Source: Lama glama
Taxonomy: Eukaryota
Reading direction: 5' to 3'
DNA: 64,000 nucleotides
Assembly: GCA_028534125.1 (NCBI GenBank)
Contig: CM052817.1
Span: forward strand, 66,156,001 to 66,220,000
Shown in pieces: positions 12,601-23,990 of this stretch. The notes beneath the pieces were generated by a model. The model did no database searches. It had not been told where the DNA came from and saw only the letters and a program-made list of their open reading frames with translations. A program made the translations under genes and the position numbers. Numbering within the stretch: the stretch's first letter is position 1; the number at the start of each line of letters is the position of its first letter.

Positions 12601-15600
12601 ATAATTAGTTTCAACTTTACACATGGTTGACACAAAAAACGATAAGGAAAAGCCTCAAAGGCCAATTATAAAAGTTATAAATGCATACTGTATCAAAAGT
12701 CATATTTCATATCTCTAAAACTACAAATAAAAACAGGTCATAAAGTAACAAATAGTTTTAAAAGGCATATTTTTAAACTATATAAACAAATGCTAGAGTA
12801 AACCTTTAACTAGATTCTATGGTGTTACTTTTTTCATATTGTAACTGGATGTCTTAATATAAATTGCTCTTTAAAGTAGAGGTTCCTAAAAAGCTATTTT
12901 TTTAAATGTTAATTCTTCTAATTAATGGCAATTTAGAACACAGAATGTTTTGAAAAAAATGCACTTGTGTTACATTTACTTTATAGTAGAAATCCTGAAA
13001 TATTAATGAATATACCAATCTAATTTGTAATCAAGTATTAATTTGCATGCTGTTCACTAAGTCTTGAAAAGAATTTGTTCTCTTTTTATTTAACCATGCC
13101 CAGATAGTGTTGTTTATTGTATTAACTAGGTTAGCAGGCCCCTTCACATCCAGTGCTGATGTAAACTTCAGCCACCAAACACTGATATTTAGTCATAGTT
13201 TCTATTAATGACACTGACTGACATTGAATTAATGCAGTTTTACTGTACACAAAGGGAAGACCAGATCCATGGAATAACTCAGCTGATGGTAAACATTAGT
13301 AAAATAAATTCACAATGAGCTCTTCTTGATACACTGCAAAGAAATGGCTTTGTTTATATTCCATTTCAGGATCCAAACATGACAGCTATCACTGATGTAG
13401 CATATTTTTGTTTTCTCATTAGGTAGTATTACTAGTCTCATTAAGCTAGAAACACTAGTGGCTTGAATTCCTATTGACTTAATATTTCACTTAGCTACAA
13501 TCCGCTTGCTTGTGTGATCCTAGATATCTTTCTAGAATTTCCTACGTGTTCTTTGTCTATACAAATAGTATACAAGCTGACAATACAAAGAAAGACAGCT
13601 TTTTATTTATTTATTTATTTTGCATTCCCAACAGTCAAAAGCAATCTGACATAAAGTACAAGAGTGCTCTACCTAGAGTTTTTGAGAAACTCCCCCAAAT
13701 TATTCCCAGGAATTTACTCCTCAGCAACCTGCCAAGGTATTTGGAATTTTTACCATTAAAGTCAGTTTGAGCTAAGGTGAAAGGCCCACCCATTACAATA
13801 TACTTGGAGATAGGAAGACAGGAAAGGGCAAGAGATGTAACAAGGTAGCCGACTCATCATTCACGTTTCAATTCCCTCTAAGCGTTTTATTGTCCTATAG
13901 CAAAGTTCTTACAGCCAGTAGGGAATGTTAGGGCCAAACAAAGAAGAGTTAAAGGCAGGAACAGACAGGGACACGGGAAGGAAAGCCAGAGTTTGGAACA
14001 AGGCCTGGGAAGCACCACTGCAGAGAAAAATCAGACTATCAGACATAAGGGGAGGAGGGTTCCGTGAAATAGTTTTTCTCCTGTTTATGCCTTCAGTCTT
14101 TTACCTTATAGTTATGCAATGTTTCTTTTAAGTAAATGGATCAAATTATTCTGATTACCAACAAATGGCACTACCAAGATGTTTTCTCTGAATTTGTACA
14201 CTTTCAATTATTTTTATCCAAGAACAGTCAAAATGAAACAGCCTCAGTTGCTAGATGAAGTAACTTTCTGACATTATCTAAATGAATGCCATTCCATTCC
14301 ATTTTTAAGGTTCAAAAAAACTGACCAACGTCTGTGAACACACTCAAGAAGACGCTGAACATCTGAGAAAGTACATTTAGTTGAGACTGAAACTCAATCT
14401 ACCTTTCTAAAGTCGCATTCTGGAAACACCAAGAAAGCTGTCACATCATCGCATTACTACAGCAAAACCATGAGCACAGCTTTATTTGTAAATAGCAGTT
14501 TGTTATACAACAGAAGCCAGATCACACTAATGAAGATAACTGTAGACAAATGTCATGGCCTGCCACAGTGATAACAATCCATTTTCTTTTTATTTCTATA
14601 TGTAAGCAAATATTATCTGTACTTTGTAAAAGGATAAGAATGCTTAAGGAGCACAAAAATTTCCCTTGCCTGCATTAAAAAAAATAAGTCAATCTCAGAC
14701 CACTGTGATAAAGTTCCAACAAAATTTAAAGTCATGGCTTCATGGCCTTGTGAACTATGTCTTATCTAGTTTTGTAAATGTGAAAAATTGTTTGGCAATC
14801 TGTTTTCCATTCAGCAAATATGTACTTTCTAGTCACTAAGCATACACATACATATTCAAGTGGAAATGCTATTTCACAACAGACTGATAATCGAAATAGG
14901 TTATCATCTCAACTAATCATAAAAATCAGGATTCTCCAATAAAACTTTTTTCTATAAACAAAATTTCACATGTAAAATTTTACATCAAGATTTCTATCAA
15001 AATATATGCAAAATTAACTTTTCCTATTTTGAGTCTATTACACCCTCTGCATTTCAGTTCTGCAAAAATATGTAAACCAAATTTTTTGAATTATGAGTGG
15101 TCATGTGTATATATAACGAAAAGCCCTTTGATAATATATATATATATAAAATACAGCATTGGAAAAAAGGCAAGACAAAATAGCCATGGAATGGTTCAAT
15201 GGGCTCTTTCACATCACCTGGTAAAGACACCAAGCCAGAATGTATGAACAATTATTTTCACATTCTTCACTTGATGACAATTTTATATTTACGTTAGGAA
15301 TACATACTTTGTGACTTAAAACAGAGAACTGGCCTTATAATATGCACATATGAGTGTTTTCTAATTACTCACACATTTTACTATCCTTTGACACATTTAC
15401 TGCTATCATTTGAATTGTAGCCTTTACACCGAGTGTTTTGAAAAAAGGTGATCTTAATATACAGACTGGAGTTACAACTAAACTTCACACATTAGGGAGA
15501 TAGTTGTTATTCTCTGATATTTCAACAAAAGGTCTTGCTTTTTTAAAATGTCAACAGAGGCCCTTAATACAAAACTGTTCTTCTGAATGAATTTGAATTT

Positions 15601-15981
15601 ACTGTTTACATGAGAATCCATGCCTGCAGACCAAAGAGCTGTGCATCAGCAGACCTATTTCAAGTCATTTTTGCAGAGATGTTACCTCCTTATCTTGATG
15701 AGTCTATGAATACTGCACTGAAGCAGGAAGGATTCTAATAGAACCAGAACAAGACATACACACACAACACCACACACACACACACAATTACTTTAAAAAA
15801 CTGAGCAAACCTGAATGGAGCAATGAACACTCTGAAGCCCCAGAAGGACCATGCATGGTCTTTGGGTTGCTAGGTTACTTCACCTAAGAGCTCACGGTGT
15901 AAATGACTTCATTGCCTTGCACTGTGGCATGCTCAGGCCACAGTAGATACTATCTCTGTTCTACACACAACACACTGGCAT

Positions 15982-16008
15982 ACACACACACACACACACA
16001 CACACACA
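15982..16008. repeat. (AC)13 microsatellite; an imperfect CA tract also at ~15757-15786
   Basis: Read directly. Confidence 0.9.
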
Positions 16009-17234
16009 ATCTACATCAGTAAGCGCTACTTCCAATTTCAGAGGCCAGCTCAGCGCGTAGCCCGTGCCCATTCCTGCCCTGCGTCCTGACCCCAGGAGTG
16101 AGGGATACTACTTAATCCTGGCATATCTACTCTGTTGCCTCATCCTTCCAGGATTCGTCGGGTGGTTCCTCCCCCACTCCACCACGGACTACAACGAGGA
16201 CGGCGGATTCCCTGATGCGAGAGAGAAGGAGACTACTCTGTCCCCTTCCTCACCCACGGGGCATCCCGGCTTCTCTTGGCCAGAAACCTCAAAGCCATCC
16301 CTGCCAGGAGTCTGTGATCCTGGGGCGGGGGAGAAAAGCCAATGGTAGAAATCGAAAAGCACGTTTAACAAGCGGGTGCCAGGGGCACGGAAGAAGCGAG
16401 GGGGGTGAGGTTACCACCGCGGAGGTGTGCTCCAGCGGGGCACCATTCAAGACCAATGACAGGTCGGCGGTGGACGGCTGGGGGTGGCGAGGGAGGTTTG
16501 GGGAACTGCTTTCCTTGTCTTTCTCAGGGCCTGCGGGGGAATCCCGGCTGGCGGCGGCGGCGGGGCTCTCGGGTCGTTCCCCGCCCCCCGCGCCCCCGGC
16601 GCGTCCCCTGGGCCGCCCCCTCCCTGCGGCCGCCCCCGCCCCGCGCGGAAGGAAGAGCGGGGCTCCCCCCACGCTCTCCCGCTCTCTCGCGAGTCCTGTG
16701 CAGGCCCTTTCGGGGGAGGAAGAGGGGGCGCTGAGGGAATTGCTGCAATGGAGCGCCGAGAGAACCCTGCCCGAGCGAGGCAGGCGGTGGAAAGCCACGG
16801 CCACATAAAAATGCCATATTAATTTTTTAAAAGCCATAAATCACCCCTCCCTCTGCAAAAGAAAACCATAAACCCGATCCCATGCAAGCCCGCGAGCAGC
16901 CACCCACTTCCTATTTCTGTCACAGCAGCTACACCCTGCCAGCAACCACCCCCCGGGCGCCCCCTCCCGCCACCGCCACCCCCGCCACCGCCTCCCCGCT
17001 GCTCAGCCATTTGCCAACTGACGCCCCCGTAAATAAAAATGCCCCAAGTGGGGCTAGGTGGGAAGCGTGGGGGGAGGGCGAGCGAGGGAGGGGGGTTCGA
17101 GGGTTGCACAATATCCTAGAAGGTCCGTAGCCCGAGCTGGGAGAGAACCCGGGGCGGGGGGAGGGGAGGCGAGGCGAGCCGCCCCGGTGCCTGCGGCACA
17201 TCGTGCACCCGGGCGACCGCGGCGCGCCGCTTAC

Positions 17235-17292
17235 CTTTCACCACCCTGTCCGTCGTCGACAACTTGGGATCAATTGCCTTGGGCTCGGACAT
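17235..17292 (-). CDS. PPP3CA: Coding part of exon 1 of calcineurin A alpha (serine/threonine protein phosphatase 2B catalytic subunit alpha); 58 nt, phase-1 donor
   Basis: Minus strand reads ATG TCC GAG CCC AAG ... GTG GTG AAA G|GTAAGC = MSEPKAIDPKLSTTDRVVK, the recognisable PPP3CA N-terminus. Canonical GT donor at 17234-17233; lies in a CpG island. Confidence 0.97.
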
Positions 17293-17466
17293 CTCCAGCC
17301 GCCGGGGGACAGCGACGCGCTGCTTGTCCGTCCTACTGCACACCCCGACAGGACCGGCGAGCCAGACACTCAGCTCCGCCGCCGCCGCGCTGCAAACCGC
17401 TTGGCTGGAGGTCTGGGCTCTGAGCTGGCTTTAAAGTTACTGCCTTCTCCGCGCGTCCCTCCTGCT

Positions 17467-17490
17467 CCGCCGCCGCCGCCGCCGCCGCCG
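17467..17490. repeat. (CCG)8, i.e. CGG on the mRNA strand
   Basis: Counted directly. Confidence 0.95.
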
Positions 17491-17810
17491 CCTTCACTCC
17501 TCCTCTGCCGCCGCCAGCCCCGCCGACTCTGCTCCGGGCTGCGCGTGTGTGGTGGTTATTTATTTATTTTCTAAGCACGCCTCTCGGTTCTTCTTTTATT
17601 CTTGGGGGAAGGGGGATGGGGAAGGGAAGCGCACACACGAGCACCCACCCTGGCGTGGAGATCCGGCACCGCGGAATGGAGCCCCACGCGCGCACACTGC
17701 TGGGATTAAGACGGATCACATGGGGAGGGCCGGGGGCGAGGAAGGAGAGGCTGGGCGGCCGATGTCAGTGCCACCAGCCGCGCCTTGGCGTCCCCGGCGG
17801 CGGAGAGACG

Positions 17811-17894
17811 GCCGCCGCTGCTGCTGCCGCTGCTGCCTCCGCTGCTGCTGCTGCCGCTGCTGCCGCCGCCGCCGCCGCCGCTGCCTCTGCTTCC
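17811..17894. repeat. Interrupted (GCC/GCT)n triplet tract of ~28 units (CGG/CAG on the mRNA strand)
   Basis: Read directly; corresponds to the poly-Ala run in ORF-track entry 17547..18272. Confidence 0.95.
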
Positions 17895-18046
17895 CCACAC
17901 CGAGCCCCGCCGCTGATCCGCAGCCGCCGGAGACGTCCCGCCGCCGCGCTCGCCTGCGCTCGCCTCTGCCTCCCCGCGTCGCTCCTACACTCACACAGGC
18001 ACAGCCGCGGAGCTCGGCAGACACAGTCCCGGACGCAACCTACCCT

Positions 18047-18079
<33 letters not shown>
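18047..18079. repeat. Pure (CCG)11, i.e. CGG on the mRNA strand
   Basis: Counted directly. Confidence 0.95.
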
Positions 18080-18080
<1 letters not shown>

Positions 18081-18156
18081 TCCCGCCTCCGCCTCCTCCC
18101 CTTCCTCCTCCCGGCCCCCGCCTCTAGAGCTCCGGCAGCCTCCTCCTCCCCGCGGA

Positions 18157-18285
18157 GCCCGCCCCCTGCGCCCCGCCCCGACGTTGGAGCTGCAGGTGTT
18201 TATTGGCTAATGCGCGCGTCACTCACTGCCAGTGTCAGCCTCCTTGCTGGTCCCGCCTCACGCCCCTCCTAGTCGTCCCCGCCCC
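18157..18285 (-). promoter_or_regulatory. Proximal promoter motif cluster: GC boxes, CCAAT box, CRE half-site
   Basis: GCCCGCCCC 18157-18165, CCCCGCCCC 18171-18179 and 18277-18285; ATTGG 18202-18206 (minus AGCCAATAAAC); CGTCA 18217-18221. Confidence 0.65.
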
Positions 18286-20689
18286 CCGATCTGTTTTCTC
18301 CCTGCTGCCAGTCCGGAGGGCCTGCTGCCTCCACCGCCCAGTCCCCGCTCAGGTGTCACTGTTGCTGGCAAACCGGGATTAGGGAAGGAGAATGGGCAGG
18401 GGGTCGCAGCTAGGAGAGAGGCTCTACCATGCCACTCGCAGCCCCTTTTGGCCTCCGACACTGGACCCCGCACCCACACCCTGCGCCGCTTTGGCAACAG
18501 TGCCTGGTCGGCTGGGTTAAGCCGCAGTGTGAGTAGCCAAGTGCGGAGGGTGTCTCCGGGTGTGTGCGTGGCCCGCGAGAGGGCAAGAAAGGAGGAGGCG
18601 GGGAGAGAAGGGAAGAGGGTGGGGGTGAGAGGCGACCGAGAGAGGGCGGAGGAAGAGCGCGGGGAGCTCCGGGGCCCGCCGCACAGCTGCTATCGCTGCC
18701 GCAGCTGTCCAGGGAGGATCGCCAAAACGGCGACGAATAAACAACTTACCTTGGGAAGACGGGTTCTGCCTGCGATGAATATGTGGTTGTTTTGTTATTG
18801 GGACTTTTGTGGGGGCCGATGTGGTGGTTATTAATGTTTTCCACCCATGCATCCACACCTTCCGAGGAGGGGCCGCTCCTGAGTATCGCGGGCCAGGGAC
18901 GTGGCGGAGCGTGCCGGGCGCTATGGGACGCTGGAGCGGGCTGTCCACTGAGGATGGGAATGGGAACCCAAGCGACCCCGGACATCTTTGAGTCACCTGG
19001 GGCAGCCCTGCTGGTCTCCAGGGGAAAATGGGCAGGGGACAGGAGAAACACCGGAAAGTATCGCCTTTTCCCTGTTGACATCGCGCATGGAGCCACTAGT
19101 GGGGACTAGTGACACCACAGCTCCCTTCCCCGATCCTTCGGATAACCCGACGCCCACTGGGTGCTCCTGATACCTGCAGGGCCCTGAAGCCCAAGGCGGG
19201 TCCCCACTCGGTCACTCTGGTTGGAAGGAGCGGGAGGGAGAGAACGGGAGACGTGGAAGACCAAAGAGTGACAGTTCTGAGCGGCCTGCCCCTCCACAGA
19301 ATGAGGAGCAGGTCTCACTCTGCAAGAAGGTCACCTCTCCAAAGCCCCTCTCTCCAACCAACCTCAGCACCAAGGACGCCCAGGGAGATTAGGGACAGGG
19401 ATTAAAGTTCAAACTCTAAAAGAAGTATTAGGAATTGGCTGATGACATAAGGGTATGGCTTCAGCAGTGTGGCCTGCAAGGTATTCCTCACACTAGGAGG
19501 CTGGGTGAGCCTCTGTGGAGGCCTTTTAGCAAAAGGAGGCCATGCAGGATATGTCTCTGGCTCAGGGAGATTGTCAGTGGCTCCAAATCCTGCCCAGTTC
19601 ACAACCGTAGGATATTTGTGTGATAATTAGGCAGACAGTACATTCAATAAATACGTATCATGCTCTTTTTCTATCTCAAGACACTGTGGTAGGTAATTTG
19701 TGTGGGGTAGGGGATGGGGTATTTGAAAATGGTCCTTCTCCTAATAAAGCCTAGTCCAACAGAACTGTCATAAAAACATGAGCTCTGAGAGGCCACTGTA
19801 TTGCCTCAGAAAAAGGTTGTTGAAAACAACCTCCTGAGCACAGGCAGAGCTAGTTGCTAAGGCAGATTTGGGAAGTTGGCCCCTAGCCAGGTGGCACACA
19901 GCAGGGCAGGGATGCCAAGACCTGTGGGTGAAGAAGAGGACCTGCTTGAGGCAGGATTGGGAAACCATGTTCAGGGATGCTCACTTCCAACGATGCAGTG
20001 TTCTCTCCCACATGTTCCAGACAGATATAGTTCCCACCGTTATTTGGACTCGCTTTTCAGGTTTTTTTTTTTTAAGGAAAAAAAACAAAAAAAAAACTTT
20101 GAACCAAGATCAGAAGGCTTAAAATGTCAGCACCATAGAAAAGTTTTATGATACAGATAGGAAATAAAGGCACACCTTTCAGGCACACCTTTCATCCCGC
20201 TACAAGTGTGAGACACCTCCTAGCTGAGGTATGTGTGGGAAAAAAAGTTATGAATCATAATCACTTTGCAACACATCTTATTATCATCAGGTGCCTTTAA
20301 TGCACGTGTATGGTTGCACATTGCTGCCACACAGACACATCTTCTAAACAAAATTGGACCCTACTCTAAGGAAAACTAGACAGCAACATATTAACTAGAA
20401 ACTAGTTATGTCCACATAGCTGGCCTACTGAAATAGCCAAATCATCTTTTTTATCTAGATTTTTTTTCAGATGTCCTACTATTTGCTACTGACATTCTTT
20501 TTAATCCTGTTAGACTGCCCACGCAGTCCTTTATTTTATCACCTCTTGTATCAGATCACCTTACACTTGGAATTTATATTTTCAAGAAGTTACTACAATC
20601 ACTGGTTGTTGACTTCAACAATGCTCTCTGCTTACGAAGAAAAAGAAAAGAAAGAGAAAAAACCTTGGCAAAAAAACTTGCTGTCTACC

Positions 20690-21100
20690 AAAAAAAGGTA
20701 TTTCCCTTCTTTAGTATTCTGCTCTATGCAAAGCATCTGCCCAGGTAGGGACTCCATATCCCAGCCTGCACCTGCTAGCATCTAAGTGGGTCCATGTGAC
20801 TAATTCTGGTCAATGCACTGTGGGCTGTAGTGTTTCCCACTAAAGCAGTTAAGCAACAGATATGCATCCTCCCAGCCTATGGGCTTCCACCCTACTGCTG
20901 AATATAGAGACTTCTAGGGTCCAGGAGAAAGTGTAACCCCAAATGGAAAGAGCTGAGTGCTTGAATTACCAGAAAGAAGAATGCTGCCCACCTACTATGA
21001 AAATCTGCATTTACATGAAGGAAAAAATAAGCTCTTACTGTGTTGCTCCATTGAAACTGGGGTATGTTTGTTAGAGTAGCTAACATCACCAAATTCACAC
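20690..21100 (+). mobile_element. MaLR MLT1-type solo LTR (old)
   Basis: CCATGTGACTAATTCTGGTCAATG and the end GAAAAAATAAGCTCTTACTGTG...TTTGTTAGAGTAGC are MLT1-like. Confidence 0.6.
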
Positions 21101-22249
21101 ACAGAAGTTATTATGTTAGTTGAAAAAGTAAAATCCAGAATTATTGTGTATCTGTTATATAACACAACTACCAGAGACAAAACATTCTTATTTTTTGATA
21201 CATGAGCTTCAAATTTTTATTTTTTGTAAATGAATTATTCATTGGCCAGTTGTGTTTCAAACACCTGTTCTATGCAAGATACGATACTAGGTGATGCATA
21301 AATGTATAAAGGATTTTTTTTAGTCAAGAATTTGGCAAGACTGTGGGCAATCATTATTAATTTAGATTTAATAAACATATTTTTTATTTTTTTATTTATA
21401 TTTGTATCAATCACGTATCCCACTTCTGGGCACAGAGTAAGTGCTCAACAAATTTTGTTGCATGAATTTAAAAAGTGAATTGGCATACAGTATATGATGC
21501 ACTAGGCTAAGTACCACAGTCCCTACTCCCCTACTCTTAGGGATATTTAGATATTGTTTATATGTATATATTTATATTTATATTGATATATGCTTATGTA
21601 TGTATATCTATCTATATCTATATTTATATATACATACACACACACTGGAGAGAAATCTTATAGCCCTTTCTCCTAGTTTGAATTCTAACTTCATTATTAA
21701 TTTTAAAACTGAATAGATTAATGATGTCAAGTCATAAATGTTCACATTTAAAATAGCAGTAATAATACAAATATACATGCTATTATATTGAAAATCCAAG
21801 CACTATTCATGCTGTAAAACTTTATGTATTTTGGCTTTTCTAAACTCAGAATTTCAGAATACGTGAGCTGAAATGAGCTGAAGTTTCCACGTGAAGTGTT
21901 CTGAGGACAACATCAACAATAACAAATGGCTTAGTAATTAAACTAAAGATACCATGTGGTGGAAGACCTGGCAAATCAATTTAAGAGAAAGTTTGTCAAG
22001 ACCTCTGAAAGCATATTTGCATATGCAAAATCAATATAGTAATTAGGAATGTGTTTCACTCTTTAAAGCCAGCAGAAATTTAACCTTATGCCAAGTTAAG
22101 TTTTGCTCATTATTGAGTGGAAATTCATGAATTTGCAAGTAAATATTCTATAAAAAAAGAATCTTGCACTCAGGCTAGCCATCTTTCCACTAACTTCAAA
22201 TTAGTGGGGTCTTATCTTGCTAGTATTCAAAATTTTTGGAAAGCCTATA

Positions 22250-23670
22250 TTCAGTAGGCATTTATTGAACACCTATACATATCAGACACTGGGAATATAA
22301 CATGAAAAAAATTTAAATTCTCTCCTTTCATAAAACTTACATTCTAATGAGAAGAGACAGATGATAGCAAGGAACAATTAAAAACGATTATATATACAGG
22401 ACATGTCAGGTGAACTAAGCAATAAAGATCCAAATAATATACAGTGGTAACAGCACTGAAAGGAGTGATGAGCGGAGTGGTGTTACTCACGGTTGTAGAC
22501 AGATTGTTTAGGGAAGACCTCTCTGAGAAGGTAATATTTTAACAGAGATTCAAATGAACTAAGGGCAGTATCTATGCAGCTATCTGGAAAAAGAACATTC
22601 CGGGTTAAAGAAACAGCATGTCCAAAGGCCCTGATAAGAGTCTGACATGTTTAAAGAATTGTCAAAGGAGGCCCGTGTTACTGGAACACAATGAACTAAA
22701 GAGAGTGGTACAAGGTGAGACCAGAGAATTGATGTAATTTCACATTGTATAGAGGCTAGTAGACCATAGAAAAGATTCTGATCATTATTCTGGTAAAATG
22801 AGAGATATTTTATTATGAAAGGGATATGATATGATTTAAGCTTAAAGAAAGCCACCACTCTTGTAAGAACTGACTCTGGATGTAGTGGTGGGAATGCAGC
22901 AGGGTAGAAATGGGAAGAGACTATTGTCATAATCCAGACTAGAAATATGGTGGTTTGGATTATAGAGTTTAGAAGGAAGTGGTGATAACTATCCAATTCC
23001 AAATATATTTTAAAAGTAGAACCTATAATGAAAAAGAATATGAAAAGAAATGTATACACACACATATATATACACACACATACATATAACAGAATCATAT
23101 ATATATATATATACACACATATATATACACACACATATATATACACACATATATATAACAGAATCACTATGCTGTACACCAGAAACTAACACAACATTGT
23201 AAACTGACTATACTTCAATTTTTTAAAAAAGCAGAGCTAGCACATTTACTGATGGATTGCCTAGATAATGTGAGACAATAAAAAAGAGGAGTTGCAAACT
23301 CCAAGGTTTGGAATCTGAGCAAAGGAAAAATGGAGTCACCATTTACTGAGAAAGGGAACACTGGAAATGGAGAGCATATCTTGTGAAGAAGACCTAAAAT
23401 AGTGTTATATGCAGGCTGGTGATGTACAAAACTGCTAGTCATCACCTCTTACTAGTACTTTATTTTTTATCAGGGTAGAGAGAAGAGGAGGGACCACCTA
23501 AGCTGACAGAAAGGAGCAGCTTCTGGGAGAGAAATCTGTTGATTCTGAGGTCAAGCAAATGAAGTGAATTGTGTCAACAGTGCTGAAGGTTTGAGTAAAA
23601 CAACAGCTGAGGATTGACGATTGGTTTTGACAAAAGGGGAGTTCACTGGTGATCTTAACAAAGCAGTCTT
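22250..23670 (-). mobile_element. L2a-like LINE, interrupted by a young L1 3' end
   Basis: ATTTATTGAACACCTA, AGGGAAGACCTCTCTGAGAAGG, GGAGTCACCATTTACTGAG, CACTGGTGATCTTAACAA. Confidence 0.75.
23015..23230 (+). mobile_element. 5'-truncated young L1 3' end (camelid/cetartiodactyl type) with expanded TA/CA microsatellite
   Basis: ACCTATAATGAAAAAGAATATG...GAATCACTATGCTGTACACCAGAAACTAACACAACATTGTAAACTGACTATACTTCAAT followed by an A tail. Confidence 0.8.
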
Positions 23671-23926
23671 TATACCTATCTAAAATAGCACCTCATCTTT
23701 CATTCCCTGCCTCTTTGTACTGATATAGCTCCTTTTCCATGTCTATAATTACTTGAAAGCACATGTGTGGGCGTGCTGTGAGTATGATGTGTTTGTCTGT
23801 CTTCCTGCAAATAGATGACATGACTCTTGACAGCAGGGAATTTGTCTTGCTCCCATTCGAATCTCTAGTGCCTGTAACATGTCCAGCACATAGTAGGTGC
23901 TTAATAACTGCTTGTTGAAAGAATAA
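23670..23926 (+). mobile_element. L2 3' end
   Basis: CAGCACATAGTAGGTGCTTAATAACTGCTTGTTGAA tail. Confidence 0.7.
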
Positions 23927-23990
23927 GCTTACACTGCTGGCCCAGGTTAGTTTCTTCTCATTTTCTCAACAGTTGAAATAAGCATTTCAA

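Larger units (their letters stand above)
1..17234 (-). other. PPP3CA: Intron 1 of PPP3CA (5' part; continues beyond window start)
   Basis: Begins at GTAAGC after exon 1; no exon-2 peptide (continuation AVPFPP...) seen in the window. Confidence 0.9.
17293..18150 (-). other. PPP3CA: GC-rich 5' leader of PPP3CA exon 1 (TSS not determinable; upper bound approximate)
   Basis: Contiguous GC-rich sequence between the ATG and the GC-box/CCAAT cluster at 18157-18221. Confidence 0.7.
16050..19260. promoter_or_regulatory. CpG island spanning the PPP3CA promoter, exon 1 and start of intron 1
   Basis: Very high GC and CpG density compared with the AT-rich, CpG-depleted flanks. Confidence 0.95.

Noticed and set aside
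17116..17234. ORF continuation GKRRAAVARV... after RVVK
   Set aside because: Read-through into intron 1 past the GTAAGC donor.
16064..19405. Many overlapping 100-240 aa ORFs (poly-Ala, poly-Pro, poly-Arg) in the CpG island
   Set aside because: Expected from stop-codon scarcity in GC-rich triplet DNA; they occur in all frames and resemble no known protein. Only the 58-nt PPP3CA coding segment is supported.
22580..23192. 199-aa hydrophobic ORF
   Set aside because: Spans a TA/CA microsatellite, an L1 tail and L2 DNA; not a gene.
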